DNA of 64,000 nt from Bacteroidota bacterium (GCA_016124735.1 WGMZ01000026.1:3477-67476); one strand, 5' to 3'. Shown: positions 27,949 to 37,837, counted from the stretch's first letter. Made by a program: numbers and translations. The notes: generated from the letters alone by a model not told the origin.

Positions 27949-29331
27949 ATGCGCATCCCCTGGTCCAATATTCGATACTATGAAAAGCTCATTGCCTGGA
28001 TCGGGCAAAAGTTATCGCGCAATCAATTCATTCTGTTAAGTGCCGTATTGGTCGGGCTTACTGCGGGTATCGCCGCCATCTTGCTTAAAACAGCTGTCCA
28101 TTATGTGCGTCTTCTGATCCTTTTAATGTCGGAATACGATTGGCAAAATATGGCCTACCTTCTTGGTCCGTTGATCGGAATCACCTGTACGGTGGCATAT
28201 GTAAAATATGGTCTTAAAGGCGACAGTACCAAAGGTGTGGCTTCGGTCGAATATGCCATCAAAAAGAAATACAGCCTGGTTTCTCCTCATAAAATGTATT
28301 CGCAACTTATTGCCAGTTCATTGACCGTAGGTTTGGGCGGATCTGCAGGATTGGAGTCGCCTATTGTGGTTACCGGCGCGGCCATTGGTTCCAATTATGG
28401 TCGGGTGTACCGGCTGATCCATAAAGAACGAACCCTCATGCTGGCTTGTGGCGCGGCAGCTGGAATTGCCGCAGTGTTTAACGCACCCATTGCGGGGGTC
28501 ATATTTGCCCTTGAAGCCATCATGACTGACGCCACTATTTCGGCGTTTATTCCTATTATCATTGCATCGGTTAGTGGTACGCTTATTTCCACCATCGTTT
28601 TGGATGCAGAGATTCTCCTCTCATACAAAGAAGCGCTGGTATTCGATTATCACAACGTTCCTATCTATATTCTGTTTTCTCTCTTTACCGGCGTCATGTC
28701 GGTCAACTATGGGCGCATGGCCTGGAAGCTGGAAGTTTGGAATCGAAAAACGGTGGATAAACCCTGGTGGAAGGCAATAAGAGGCGGACTGTTACTCGCC
28801 GTGCTCATCTTTGTTTTCCCTACACTTTTTGGAGAGGGCTACGAAAGCATTAAAGAATTAATGAACGGCCGGGCGGAAAATGTTTACAATGAGAGTTTCT
28901 TTGCCAGATTCACCAGTGACGCCTGGGCGATCATGCTTTTTATTGGATTGACCGGTTTGGTAAAAGTAATAGCTACTACGGTAACCCTTTCGAGTGGAGG
29001 CAATGGAGGGAACTTTGCCCCATCCTTGTTCGTAGGAGCTTATGTAGGTTTCTTTTTTTCTCGTTTGGTCAATCTGATTGGTATTGCAGAGGTCAACGAG
29101 ACCAATTTTGTTATTGTAGGCATGTCTGGAATGCTTTCCGGAATTCTATACGCTCCCCTTACAGGAATATTTCTAATTGCCGAGCTCACTGGTGGCTACG
29201 ACTTAATGATACCCATCATGCTGGTTTCAGCTGTGAGCTATGCGTTTGCCAGAGGCTTTGAACGTTATCCTGTTGACAAGCGCGCTTTGATGGAACGACT
29301 TGCCAAAGAAGACGCAGAGGCAGAAGATTGA
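27949..29331 (+). CDS. ClC family chloride channel/H+-Cl- antiporter (no CBS domains)
   Basis: GGSAGLESP, AAVFNAPIAG, GGNFAP, APLTGIFLIAE motifs. Confidence 0.92.
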   Translation: MRIPWSNIRYYEKLIAWIGQKLSRNQFILLSAVLVGLTAGIAAILLKTAVHYVRLLILLMSEYDWQNMAYLLGPLIGITCTVAYVKYGLKGDSTKGVASVEYAIKKKYSLVSPHKMYSQLIASSLTVGLGGSAGLESPIVVTGAAIGSNYGRVYRLIHKERTLMLACGAAAGIAAVFNAPIAGVIFALEAIMTDATISAFIPIIIASVSGTLISTIVLDAEILLSYKEALVFDYHNVPIYILFSLFTGVMSVNYGRMAWKLEVWNRKTVDKPWWKAIRGGLLLAVLIFVFPTLFGEGYESIKELMNGRAENVYNESFFARFTSDAWAIMLFIGLTGLVKVIATTVTLSSGGNGGNFAPSLFVGAYVGFFFSRLVNLIGIAEVNETNFVIVGMSGMLSGILYAPLTGIFLIAELTGGYDLMIPIMLVSAVSYAFARGFERYPVDKRALMERLAKEDAEAED

Positions 29332-30585
29332 TTAAGGAACAGGAACAAATGGACTGCTCCATTTGGGGTCCCTAACCAATTGCTCATCTGACAAATACAA
29401 TAAAAAGCTTTTTAAGTTCTTAATGTCTTCCTCGCTTAAATTGAGTTTGCGGTGCTGCGGAAGCACATCAAATGAATTCGGATCAGTTCCGAAAACATGA
29501 ATTCTTAAGCGTTCATCTAAAACAGAATTATCCTTTATTTCTCTATTATAGTGGTTCAACACCTCATCTAAGGTAGCAAATCGGCCGTCGTGCATATAAG
29601 GAGCAGTATAGGCCAGGTTTCGCAAAGAAGGAATCTTAAAGAATCCTTGGCCTGGATTTTTAGCGTTTAAAAAATGGAGTAAATCCATGCTCATTCCAGG
29701 ATCGGAATAAGAATAATCCAAACCAATATTTGCAAAGTCCTGACCGAAGAAAATGGATGCTGCATTATTGGAAGAATCTTTTTCCTCTGAAGGAGTTTTC
29801 CGGTATGGGTCTTTATCTCTAAAATTTGGTGGATGATTCACAAACACCACAGAGCTATTTTGCATGGCCTGGTTGTTAAAATTATCTTCACCATGGCAAT
29901 TATTGCATTGTGCAGTTATAAAGACTGATCTTCCGGCTTGTACTTCCAAAGGCAACTGAGATATATTTTGGGCTGCCCCGTCAAAGTGGCTGCGGTGCGA
30001 TTGGATACTCAATACAAATTCTGCCAAACATTCCCGGATGCGGTCTTCGGTGATATCCTGATCTTTCTCCAACTCATAAACATGGTTGAATAAGTCTTGT
30101 ATATACCCTATACCCCGAAATTTCTTCACAATCTCTTCGGGGCTTCCCATCCCCATTTCAGTCTTGTGTACCGCCGGGTCCAAAATCATATCCTTCAGAT
30201 TCCGGGCCCGCATATCCCAAAAATAAAATCCATCTTCCGGTAAGTTAAATAAAGGCATAGCATTGCGTGTACCAGGGGTTTGCATGAAACCCATACTTAC
30301 CTGATTGCCATCACTAAAAGCGAATGCCTGCACATGACAACTTGCACATGCTTTTGCATTGTTTACAGAAACACCTTTGTCATAGAACAACACGCGACCC
30401 AAAGACGCCTTCTTGTTATCTATAATACGAGAATCAGTCAAACGGGTTGAGTTGTAATCATATGAGAACAAGTCCCTAGAAACAACCATACGAACTTGTT
30501 GAGGCTTTGCCATTTCTTTTTGGCAAGAGCTGTAAACCATAATGAACAGGACACCCGAAAAAATGGGGAGAATAAGTTTTTTCAT
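29332..30585 (-). CDS. Di-haem cytochrome c peroxidase/MauG family lipoprotein
   Basis: LGRVLFYD, CASCH and CNNCH haem motifs, FWDMRA, FKIPSLRN..TAPYMHDG; lipobox-like SSC. Confidence 0.9.
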   Translation of the reverse strand: MKKLILPIFSGVLFIMVYSSCQKEMAKPQQVRMVVSRDLFSYDYNSTRLTDSRIIDNKKASLGRVLFYDKGVSVNNAKACASCHVQAFAFSDGNQVSMGFMQTPGTRNAMPLFNLPEDGFYFWDMRARNLKDMILDPAVHKTEMGMGSPEEIVKKFRGIGYIQDLFNHVYELEKDQDITEDRIRECLAEFVLSIQSHRSHFDGAAQNISQLPLEVQAGRSVFITAQCNNCHGEDNFNNQAMQNSSVVFVNHPPNFRDKDPYRKTPSEEKDSSNNAASIFFGQDFANIGLDYSYSDPGMSMDLLHFLNAKNPGQGFFKIPSLRNLAYTAPYMHDGRFATLDEVLNHYNREIKDNSVLDERLRIHVFGTDPNSFDVLPQHRKLNLSEEDIKNLKSFLLYLSDEQLVRDPKWSSPFVPVP

Positions 30586-30587
30586 AA

Positions 30588-31271
30588 CTAAATGCGGATG
30601 ATGAAGTAAATGAATGATGGGACCGAAATGGAGCTATTCACTTGAGATTGTTTAAAAGACGAACCCGTATTTTCAATGCCATTTCGATATATTTTTCGAT
30701 CTTGTTTAGTTGAAATCGAATAAACAGTAAGTTCAGTGCCCAGTGCCAACCTTTTGCTGATATTAAATTGAATGCCCAGTACGGGACCTATACCAGCTGA
30801 CTTACTAAAATTCTTTACTTCTGATTTATTGGTTTGATTGTTAAAAAAAGATGCACTGCTACTTATTATATCATTCTTACCATAAACAAAATCCAAACCT
30901 GTGTACAAAGTCCATCTCGTCTTTAGCTTGTATTGGTATTCAAACCCAATTCGATAATTGTAGGATGTACTTCTTGTTTCTGTTACATTATTGGGTTGTT
31001 CCAACTTTGAATTATTCACCAGATAGCCAAAACCCGTGCGGAGACCAAAAGCATATTTATTCATGGAATTCCATTCTAAAAACTTGTATTGAAAGTTGTA
31101 AGGAGTATTATTAAAAACAGATCCATTAAAACTTATCAGAGTTTGAATAAAATTGGTCGCATTGATCGCCAACTGATGCTCCAATTTCTTATGCTTAGTG
31201 GTATCATCTTGAGCATAAGTCTGTCCAAACAATAAGAACAGGAAAACTAAAAGCAGGGATTTTTTCAACAT
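30588..31271 (-). CDS. Small outer-membrane beta-barrel protein
   Basis: Signal peptide and amphipathic beta-strand pattern; ends 2 bp before the peroxidase gene. Confidence 0.7.
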   Translation of the reverse strand: MLKKSLLLVFLFLLFGQTYAQDDTTKHKKLEHQLAINATNFIQTLISFNGSVFNNTPYNFQYKFLEWNSMNKYAFGLRTGFGYLVNNSKLEQPNNVTETRSTSYNYRIGFEYQYKLKTRWTLYTGLDFVYGKNDIISSSASFFNNQTNKSEVKNFSKSAGIGPVLGIQFNISKRLALGTELTVYSISTKQDRKIYRNGIENTGSSFKQSQVNSSISVPSFIYFIIRI

Positions 31272-31344
31272 AGAGGCTTACTTATTTTTAAAACTATGCA
31301 AAAACCCTTTATTTATTTTGATGCATGAATTCTTTTCGACTAAT

Positions 31345-32412
31345 TCAAAATAACAGTATCTGCTGTTTATTCCTCCTCACGAATAAATCGAGATTGTAAT
31401 TTGTACGAGATTGATTCTTAAAGTACTTTTTGCGTACCAGGGCAAATTGATCCTGCATGGATTGAGCAAAAACTCCTTCTCCCCGCATACGCACACCTGT
31501 TCTTGAATCATTTAATTTTCCTCCATGTAGTGCCCGTATTTGTCCCAGTACCTTTCCCGCCCTGTCGGGATAAGTTTGTTTTATCCAATCTTCAAACAAA
31601 GGACCTACCGCGCCGTTGAGGCGCACAACAAGATGATTGATACTGCTGGCACCAGCTTCTGAAACAGCTTTTCCTAATTCAAATATTTCGTGACTATTGA
31701 TGGATGGGATAACAGGTGCCATCATAACTGTGACGGGGATTTTAGCGGCGCTAAGTGTTTCTATGGTCTTGAGTTTCGCCTTTACTGAGGAAGTTCGTGG
31801 CTCAAGTAAACGCCGGGTTTCTTCCCGCATGGAGGTAAAGCTTATCGCCACCTGCACCAAATTCATTGCCCCCAGCTCTTTTAACAAATCCAGGTCGCGA
31901 AGAATCAGCGCGTTTTTTGTGATGACACCTACCGGATGCCTGTACTTCAAAAAGACTTGCAGAATTTGTCGGGTGATTTTAAACTTTCTTTCCGCTGGCT
32001 GATAACAGTCCGTATTTCCGGAAAGCATGACAGGTTCTACCTTCCAGTTCGGCTTCGCCAGTTCATTTTCGAGTAGTTCTACTGCATTTTTTTTGACCAA
32101 AATCTTTTGCTCAAATTCTGTCCCTGCGCTGTAACCCCAATAGTTATGAGTGTTTCGGGCATAACAATAAATACAGCCATGCTCGCAACCCTGGTATGGA
32201 TTCATGCTCCAGCTGAGGCCGATATCCGGACTTTCCACCCTGTTTAAGATTGATTTCGGATACACTTCCGTGTATTCTGTTGGGGTTTCCAGTCTATCGT
32301 CTTTTTCATCCAGACCTTCCGGATGTTCATATACCAATTCGGTCCTGGAGTAGGGATTAACCGAATTCTTTTGGGCCCCTCTGCCTTTTATTCTTTCCTC
32401 CGAAGTTTTCAT
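31345..32412 (-). CDS. PA0069-family radical SAM protein (SplB-like, putative DNA repair)
   Basis: NPYQGCEHGCIYCYAR (CxxxCxxC), SGNTDCYQPAE, LEPRT; ATGA overlap with dnaE2. Confidence 0.92.
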   Translation of the reverse strand: MKTSEERIKGRGAQKNSVNPYSRTELVYEHPEGLDEKDDRLETPTEYTEVYPKSILNRVESPDIGLSWSMNPYQGCEHGCIYCYARNTHNYWGYSAGTEFEQKILVKKNAVELLENELAKPNWKVEPVMLSGNTDCYQPAERKFKITRQILQVFLKYRHPVGVITKNALILRDLDLLKELGAMNLVQVAISFTSMREETRRLLEPRTSSVKAKLKTIETLSAAKIPVTVMMAPVIPSINSHEIFELGKAVSEAGASSINHLVVRLNGAVGPLFEDWIKQTYPDRAGKVLGQIRALHGGKLNDSRTGVRMRGEGVFAQSMQDQFALVRKKYFKNQSRTNYNLDLFVRRNKQQILLF

Positions 32413-35396
32413 GCTACGTGACTATTAAGTGAAACTCTTGGTTTATCGCTGTAACGCGGATCTTCTATGTTATTTATTTTACGGAGAGAACTAACCTCAA
32501 TGCTGTAGAAGCCGAATTCCTCGGCAACCCTGCCTGTTACAGCATACACTCCCCGACCCCGAAAGGGAAAGCGGCGGGCAACATCTGGAAAATGGACGGA
32601 ATCAAAAAAGTGACCTGACTTATCCAGAAAGGTCCCAAAATTCATCCGCTCACCTTTACCGGTTGAGGTATCTTTGGTAGTGACCAGGTAGCCATATACC
32701 GTGATTGTTTGGCCAAAATAATGCGGGAGATCCTCCGCAAGAATTTCATTTTCAGGCAATTCTACAATAAGATTGAAAGGAGAACACAAAGGAAATCCAA
32801 GAAGCTCTATCTGATCATAAGCGTCTTCCAGCTGATCACTCACCAAAGAGGGTAAGCGATACTGCTTGTAAGGTACACGAAACAACGAAGCGGTGCCGGG
32901 AAGCTTCTTCTCTCTTCCTACCCGGAAATGGGCATTCCAGAGCAATTCACGCTTGGGCTTCCCCGTAAAGCGAAAAGCATCAATACGCAGTAGAATGCCA
33001 AGCTGCTCAAGTCCCACTTCCGGAACACGGTCAAGAAAATCATCCAGACTCTCAAAAACACCGTTGCTGTCGCGATCTTCCAGAATACGCATGGCCACAT
33101 CTGTCTCGAGGCCAGTCAGGTGCATAAAGCCCAGATAAATGTCTTTTCCCTGTATGATAGTAGGGTAATCACTGGTATTGATGCAAGGTGGATGAATGAT
33201 AGCTCCGCCCATCCGCGCCTCATGCACATACAATTCCGTGCTGTAGAATCCCCCGAAGTTATTAATGACTCCCACCATGTATTCCAATGGATAATAGGCT
33301 TTCAGAAACAGACTTTGATAGCTTTCCACTGCATAAGAGGCCGAGTGTCCCTTAGCAAAAGCATAGCCCGCGAAACTGGATATTTGCCGCCACACTTCTT
33401 CGGTCATGGCTTGTGAATAGCCTTTTTTATTGCAATTCAGAAAGAATTTCTCCTCGACTTTGGCAAACTCCTCCCGCGAGCGGTACTTCCCACTCATTCC
33501 TCGCCGGAGCACATCTGCTTCTGCTAAACTAAGACCGGCAAAATAATGAGCCACCTTGATCACATCTTCCTGATAGACCATCACACCGTATGTGTCGGGC
33601 ATAATATCGCGCATCACCTGATGAGCCCTCAGACGTTTTTCCGGGTAACGGTGGCGGAGAATATACTCTTTCATCATCCCCGACTTACTGACACCTGGAC
33701 GAATGATAGAACTGGCCGCCACGAGTCCGAGATAATCATCTACCCGAAGCTTTTTGAGCAACATTCGCATGGCAGGAGACTCCACATAGAAACAGCCCAT
33801 GGCCTTTCCTTCCCGAAGCAATTCTTTTATCTTATCATCGCTTTTAAAGCGCTGAATATCATGAATATCTATAGGTTTCGATTCCGGATGGTTTTGCCTG
33901 ACAATCTCTACTGTATCCTTTATTTTCCCTAATCCGCGCTGACTCAGAATATCAAACTTAAACAGCCCGGCATCTTCAGCCACCACCATATCGAATTGGG
34001 TTGTAGGGTATCCTTTGGGTGGTAAAAAAGTAGCACAGTAATGATGAATAGGCTGCTCGCTAATCAGAATACCACTGGAATGGATGCTGAGATGACTGGG
34101 CAGATCCTGTATCCATTTTCCATAGCGGAGCACTAAACCGGTCATTTGATCCACCTTCCGGTTTTCCAGTCTGCCCCGGGAAAGGAGATCAATCTCATGC
34201 TTTGGAAGACCAAATACTTTGCCCAATTCGCGGATAACAGCCCGGTATTGAAAGGTATTATAAGCTCCCAATAAGCTGACATGCGGGAAGCGTTCGAAGA
34301 TATAGCGGGTCATGTCTTCCCGGTCGGTCCAGGAAAAGTCAATGTCAAAATCAGGAGGGTTTTGGCGGTACAGATTGATGAAGCGCTCAAAATAGAGATC
34401 CAGTTCAATGGGATCGACATCGGTAATCCGCAGCAGATAGGCAATGATGCTATTGGCCCCGCTCCCTCTTCCCACGTAGAAATAGCCCTTGCTTCGGGCA
34501 TAGCTCACAATGTCCCAGTTAATCAGAAAATACGACAGAAAGCCTTTTTGCCCGATAATTTCCAGTTCTTTCTGAATACGACTTTGAATCCTCTCATCTG
34601 GCCGGGGATAGCGGTAATGCAGGTTTTCCAAACAGATTTTCCGGATTAAGTCACGGTCTTCCGCTACAGACCCGGTATAGCTCTTTTGATTCCGGTTCTC
34701 CTCACCTTCTTTGAAAACCAAATCCACGGCACAACATTCCAACAAAGCCTCTGTGTTTCGGATTATTTCAGGATACTCCCGGAAAGAGGCATATAAAACC
34801 TCTTTTTTCAGGAAGACATCTTCCTCCTTTCCTTCTTCGGTTTTGGGTAGTTTGCTGAGTAAGGTATTATTATCGATGGCTCTCAAAAGCCTGTGCATAT
34901 TGAAATCACGGCGATTTCGAAAACTCATGCTATGCAAGATGACCAGCTTGTGTTTGGCCTGCATCCAGGGAGAAAATCGCAAACGGTTCAGGTCGCTGAT
35001 TCGCACTCCGATGTATTCATTCTCTTCCAGGTTTTCCCTTTCCTGAAAAAGAGAAAAGGGATAGATAATGGCTGTCCCGCTCATGAGCACAGCTCTGCGG
35101 GGAATTGCCAGGTTCTGATGCAGATGAAAGGCCAGGTAATCGTTCAGGTTTTTAAACCCCTCGTTGTTCGCAGCCAGTCCCACGAAACACGGAGTCGCGC
35201 TGTTTCTGAAATCAATACCCAGCGTTGGCCGGATTCCATAGCGCGGAGCCATGCGAAGAAAATCGAGGCAGGAAGAGGTGTTATTGATGTCGGTAAAGGC
35301 GGCTGCCGAATAGCCATACTCCTGCAATACACGCAAAACCTCCTCCGGCTTTACCGCTCCATATTTTAGGCTGTATGTGCTGTGTACGTTTAGCAT
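32409..35396 (-). CDS. dnaE2: Error-prone DNA polymerase III alpha subunit (DnaE2-type)
   Basis: PHP N-terminus HSTYSL, GRGSGANS, PPDFDIDF, KFDIL, YAFAKGHSASYA; located in an SOS cassette. Confidence 0.9.
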   Translation of the reverse strand: MLNVHSTYSLKYGAVKPEEVLRVLQEYGYSAAAFTDINNTSSCLDFLRMAPRYGIRPTLGIDFRNSATPCFVGLAANNEGFKNLNDYLAFHLHQNLAIPRRAVLMSGTAIIYPFSLFQERENLEENEYIGVRISDLNRLRFSPWMQAKHKLVILHSMSFRNRRDFNMHRLLRAIDNNTLLSKLPKTEEGKEEDVFLKKEVLYASFREYPEIIRNTEALLECCAVDLVFKEGEENRNQKSYTGSVAEDRDLIRKICLENLHYRYPRPDERIQSRIQKELEIIGQKGFLSYFLINWDIVSYARSKGYFYVGRGSGANSIIAYLLRITDVDPIELDLYFERFINLYRQNPPDFDIDFSWTDREDMTRYIFERFPHVSLLGAYNTFQYRAVIRELGKVFGLPKHEIDLLSRGRLENRKVDQMTGLVLRYGKWIQDLPSHLSIHSSGILISEQPIHHYCATFLPPKGYPTTQFDMVVAEDAGLFKFDILSQRGLGKIKDTVEIVRQNHPESKPIDIHDIQRFKSDDKIKELLREGKAMGCFYVESPAMRMLLKKLRVDDYLGLVAASSIIRPGVSKSGMMKEYILRHRYPEKRLRAHQVMRDIMPDTYGVMVYQEDVIKVAHYFAGLSLAEADVLRRGMSGKYRSREEFAKVEEKFFLNCNKKGYSQAMTEEVWRQISSFAGYAFAKGHSASYAVESYQSLFLKAYYPLEYMVGVINNFGGFYSTELYVHEARMGGAIIHPPCINTSDYPTIIQGKDIYLGFMHLTGLETDVAMRILEDRDSNGVFESLDDFLDRVPEVGLEQLGILLRIDAFRFTGKPKRELLWNAHFRVGREKKLPGTASLFRVPYKQYRLPSLVSDQLEDAYDQIELLGFPLCSPFNLIVELPENEILAEDLPHYFGQTITVYGYLVTTKDTSTGKGERMNFGTFLDKSGHFFDSVHFPDVARRFPFRGRGVYAVTGRVAEEFGFYSIEVSSLRKINNIEDPRYSDKPRVSLNSHVA

Positions 35397-35414
35397 TTTT
35401 TTTAACCATGGTCC

Positions 35415-35630
35415 CGCCGCGATAAATCGCGACGCTACCTCAAATTATCTCCGTCACATCGTCTCAATCTCTCACCTCTCAACGTCTCAACGTCTTCCTA
35501 CTCTTGTACTCTGTACTCTATGTCTTTCGCCGCGATAAATCGCGACGCTACCTCAAATTATCTCCGTCACGTCGTCTCAATCTCTCACCTCTCAACGTCT
35601 CAAAGTCTTCCTACTCTTGTACTCTGTACT
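35415..35630. repeat. Tandem direct repeat, two copies of 103 bp (35415-35517 and 35528-35630), each starting with a REP-like palindrome
   Basis: Copies differ at two positions; on the minus strand each contains GTAG-CGTCGCGAT-TT-ATCGCGGCG. Confidence 0.9.
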
Positions 35631-35642
35631 TAAGTACTCCTA

Positions 35643-36857
35643 TCACTCTCTCCTGTTCGCTAACAAAATCGGCGCGTCTCCATTAAAAGGATTGCTTCTT
35701 CCAATGCTTCGGACTTCCACCCCCGAAGCCCGCATCACCGAACGATCGCCAAAGCGCAGACGTATCTTGTCCATGGCCTGGTAAAGCTTTATCTGCTCTT
35801 CGCTGTCTTCAAACATGTTCATCTGGTAAGAGCCACTAACCAAATGACTGTAACGCACGCCAATCAAGCGAACCAGAAGACGACGCTTGTACAATCGTTC
35901 AAAAAGTTCCATTACCTTGGGAATCAGAACATGATCGGCCGAGGTATAGGGTATTTGTGCCTGCATGGTGTAAGTATTGAAGTCGGAATAGCGCAACTTG
36001 ACCGTTACCGTAGCGCATACCTTGTTTCCTCTCCGTAACTGAAAAGCCAGGTTCTCTGCCATGGCGGTCAGAATTCCTTTTAGCTTAACTACATCAATCG
36101 TGTCCCGGTCAAAGGTGCGTTCGGTGGAGATGGATTTTCGTTCATGGAAAGGCAGCACAGGTGTATGGTCTATCCCATTGGCCTTTTTCCAGATGGCCAG
36201 TCCGTTCTTGCCCAATACCTTTTCCATCATGTCCGGAGGCATCTGTTGAAGCGTCCGGATATGCTTGACGCCCAAATTTCGCAAGAGCTGATAGGTCTTA
36301 TCGCCCACCATGGGAATCTTTTTGATGGATAAGGGAGCCAGAAAAGCCTTCTCCATCCCCATATCCACTTTGATTTGATTATTGGGCTTGGCTTCACCGG
36401 TGGCCACCTTTGAAACGGTTTTATTCTCGGAAAGTCCAAAGGATATTGGAAGTCCTGTTTCGCGGATGATCCGCTTTCTCGATTCGGAAGCCATTTTCAG
36501 ACAACCAAAAAAACGATCCATCCCGGTCATGTCCACATAAAACTCGTCGATGGAGCTCTTTTCATACAGGGGAAAAGTCTCTTTAATGATTTCCGTGACC
36601 ATGTCGGAGTACTTCATGTAGTTGGAGGAATTTCCCCGAATGACCAGGCCCTCCGGACAAAGTTGCCGGGCCATTTTCATACTCATGCCTGAGTTCACCC
36701 CAAAGGCGCGCGCCTCATAACTGCACGAGGCAACCACCCCACGATCGCTTACGCCTCCCAACAGAATGGGCTTCCCCTCCAGGCGGCTGTCGAGCAGGCG
36801 CTCTACGGATACAAAAAACGTATCCAAATCCATATGCATGATTGAGCGGTTTGCCAC
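35643..36857 (-). CDS. dinB: DNA polymerase IV (Y family)
   Basis: HMDLDTFFVSVE, SCSYEAR, SIDEF, KSISTERTF. Confidence 0.95.
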   Translation of the reverse strand: MANRSIMHMDLDTFFVSVERLLDSRLEGKPILLGGVSDRGVVASCSYEARAFGVNSGMSMKMARQLCPEGLVIRGNSSNYMKYSDMVTEIIKETFPLYEKSSIDEFYVDMTGMDRFFGCLKMASESRKRIIRETGLPISFGLSENKTVSKVATGEAKPNNQIKVDMGMEKAFLAPLSIKKIPMVGDKTYQLLRNLGVKHIRTLQQMPPDMMEKVLGKNGLAIWKKANGIDHTPVLPFHERKSISTERTFDRDTIDVVKLKGILTAMAENLAFQLRRGNKVCATVTVKLRYSDFNTYTMQAQIPYTSADHVLIPKVMELFERLYKRRLLVRLIGVRYSHLVSGSYQMNMFEDSEEQIKLYQAMDKIRLRFGDRSVMRASGVEVRSIGRSNPFNGDAPILLANRRE

Positions 36858-36953
36858 TGTTTAGTTTTAAGTGTTCAGTTTTAAGTAGACATCAGACTCC
36901 AGAAAAACACAAAAGCCTGTCCTGAGTCTCATTCTCCCATTCTTCCATTCTCT
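36858..36953. repeat. Short tandem 7-mer and 8-mer repeats in the lexA-dinB spacer
   Basis: TGTTTAG-TTTTAAG-TGTTCAG-TTTTAAG at 36858-36885; CATTCTCC-CATTCTTC-CATTCTCT at 36930-36953. Confidence 0.7.
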
Positions 36954-36958
36954 TCTAC

Positions 36959-37756
36959 TCAGTACTTCTGTACTCTTTCCTTCACCTCCTTCACCTCTTT
37001 TTCCAGGCGAATCAGGGCATTCATGATTTGACTGGCCGCCAAAGGCTCGCCGCCGGATTCAGGCAATTGAAGACTGATATAACCAATGGCTTTCCATACT
37101 TCTGCAATCATCTCGGAACCAATGGAATAGGGTTTATATTCCGGATTATCGGATTTTAAAATCAGCTGCTCTTCGTGCAGTCGGTTCAATACCCGTTTGT
37201 AGACGATTCCCTCGTCCTGCGTAATCAGTATATAGCAACGATCGTCTTTAATCTGGTTCCAGTCCTGCACATATTCGGAAATGATATACGAGCCCGAAGG
37301 AATCGGATTCATGCTGTCGCCTTTAATTTGAAACAAACGGTAGGAGCGCTCCTTGCCCAATTCCTGAAGCGGCAAACTGAAAGAAGGGAGACTTTCAATG
37401 TAGTCGACGTCGCTGAAACCGTCTAAATATCCTGCAGCAGCCTTGACCGGAACCACTACAATCTTTTCCTTCTCTTCCGCATCTACCGCAACCGACAATA
37501 CACGCAAACTCTTCCCGCTTTTGTCCGGCCGCACCCGTTGTTTGTCGCGCGAAAAATCCAGATGAAGGAGATCATCCAGACTGCAGGAAAAATGTCCCGC
37601 AACCATCTGCAATACGGCCAATCTGGGTTCTGCCCTGCCTTCCTCATAAGAGGCCAAAGCCGCCCGGTTGATGCCCAGCTTTCCTGCCAACTCCCCTTGC
37701 GTATACCCTCTCTCTTTTCTTAAGTACTTGATATTCTGAGCTAAAGAATGACTCAT
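36959..37756 (-). CDS. Non-canonical LexA-type repressor (XRE HTH plus S24 peptidase)
   Basis: N-terminal HTH (YEEGRAEP), Ala-Gly site AAAGY, Ser in GDSM, Lys in VYKR; first gene of the dinB-dnaE2 operon. Confidence 0.9.
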   Translation of the reverse strand: MSHSLAQNIKYLRKERGYTQGELAGKLGINRAALASYEEGRAEPRLAVLQMVAGHFSCSLDDLLHLDFSRDKQRVRPDKSGKSLRVLSVAVDAEEKEKIVVVPVKAAAGYLDGFSDVDYIESLPSFSLPLQELGKERSYRLFQIKGDSMNPIPSGSYIISEYVQDWNQIKDDRCYILITQDEGIVYKRVLNRLHEEQLILKSDNPEYKPYSIGSEMIAEVWKAIGYISLQLPESGGEPLAASQIMNALIRLEKEVKEVKERVQKY

Positions 37757-37776
37757 TTCTTTCTTTTTTATTTCTG

Positions 37777-37808
37777 CTAATATAAATAGAATACTAATAA
37801 AATTAGTA
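37777..37808. promoter_or_regulatory. Two tandem Bacteroidota SOS boxes (CTAA-N5-TTAG)
   Basis: Perfect TACTAA-TAAAA-TTAGTA at 37792-37808; one-mismatch CTAA-TATAA-ATAG at 37777-37789 overlapping a TATATTAG -7-like element. Confidence 0.8.
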
Positions 37809-37837
37809 ACTATAAAATAAAAAAATTGAGATTGAGA

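Noticed and set aside
35415-35630. CRISPR array
   Set aside because: Only two units; the sequence after the palindrome is near-identical in both copies rather than unique spacers; no cas genes
36959-37756. Prophage CI repressor
   Set aside because: No integrase, structural or replication genes; the dinB-dnaE2 context and SOS boxes indicate a LexA role
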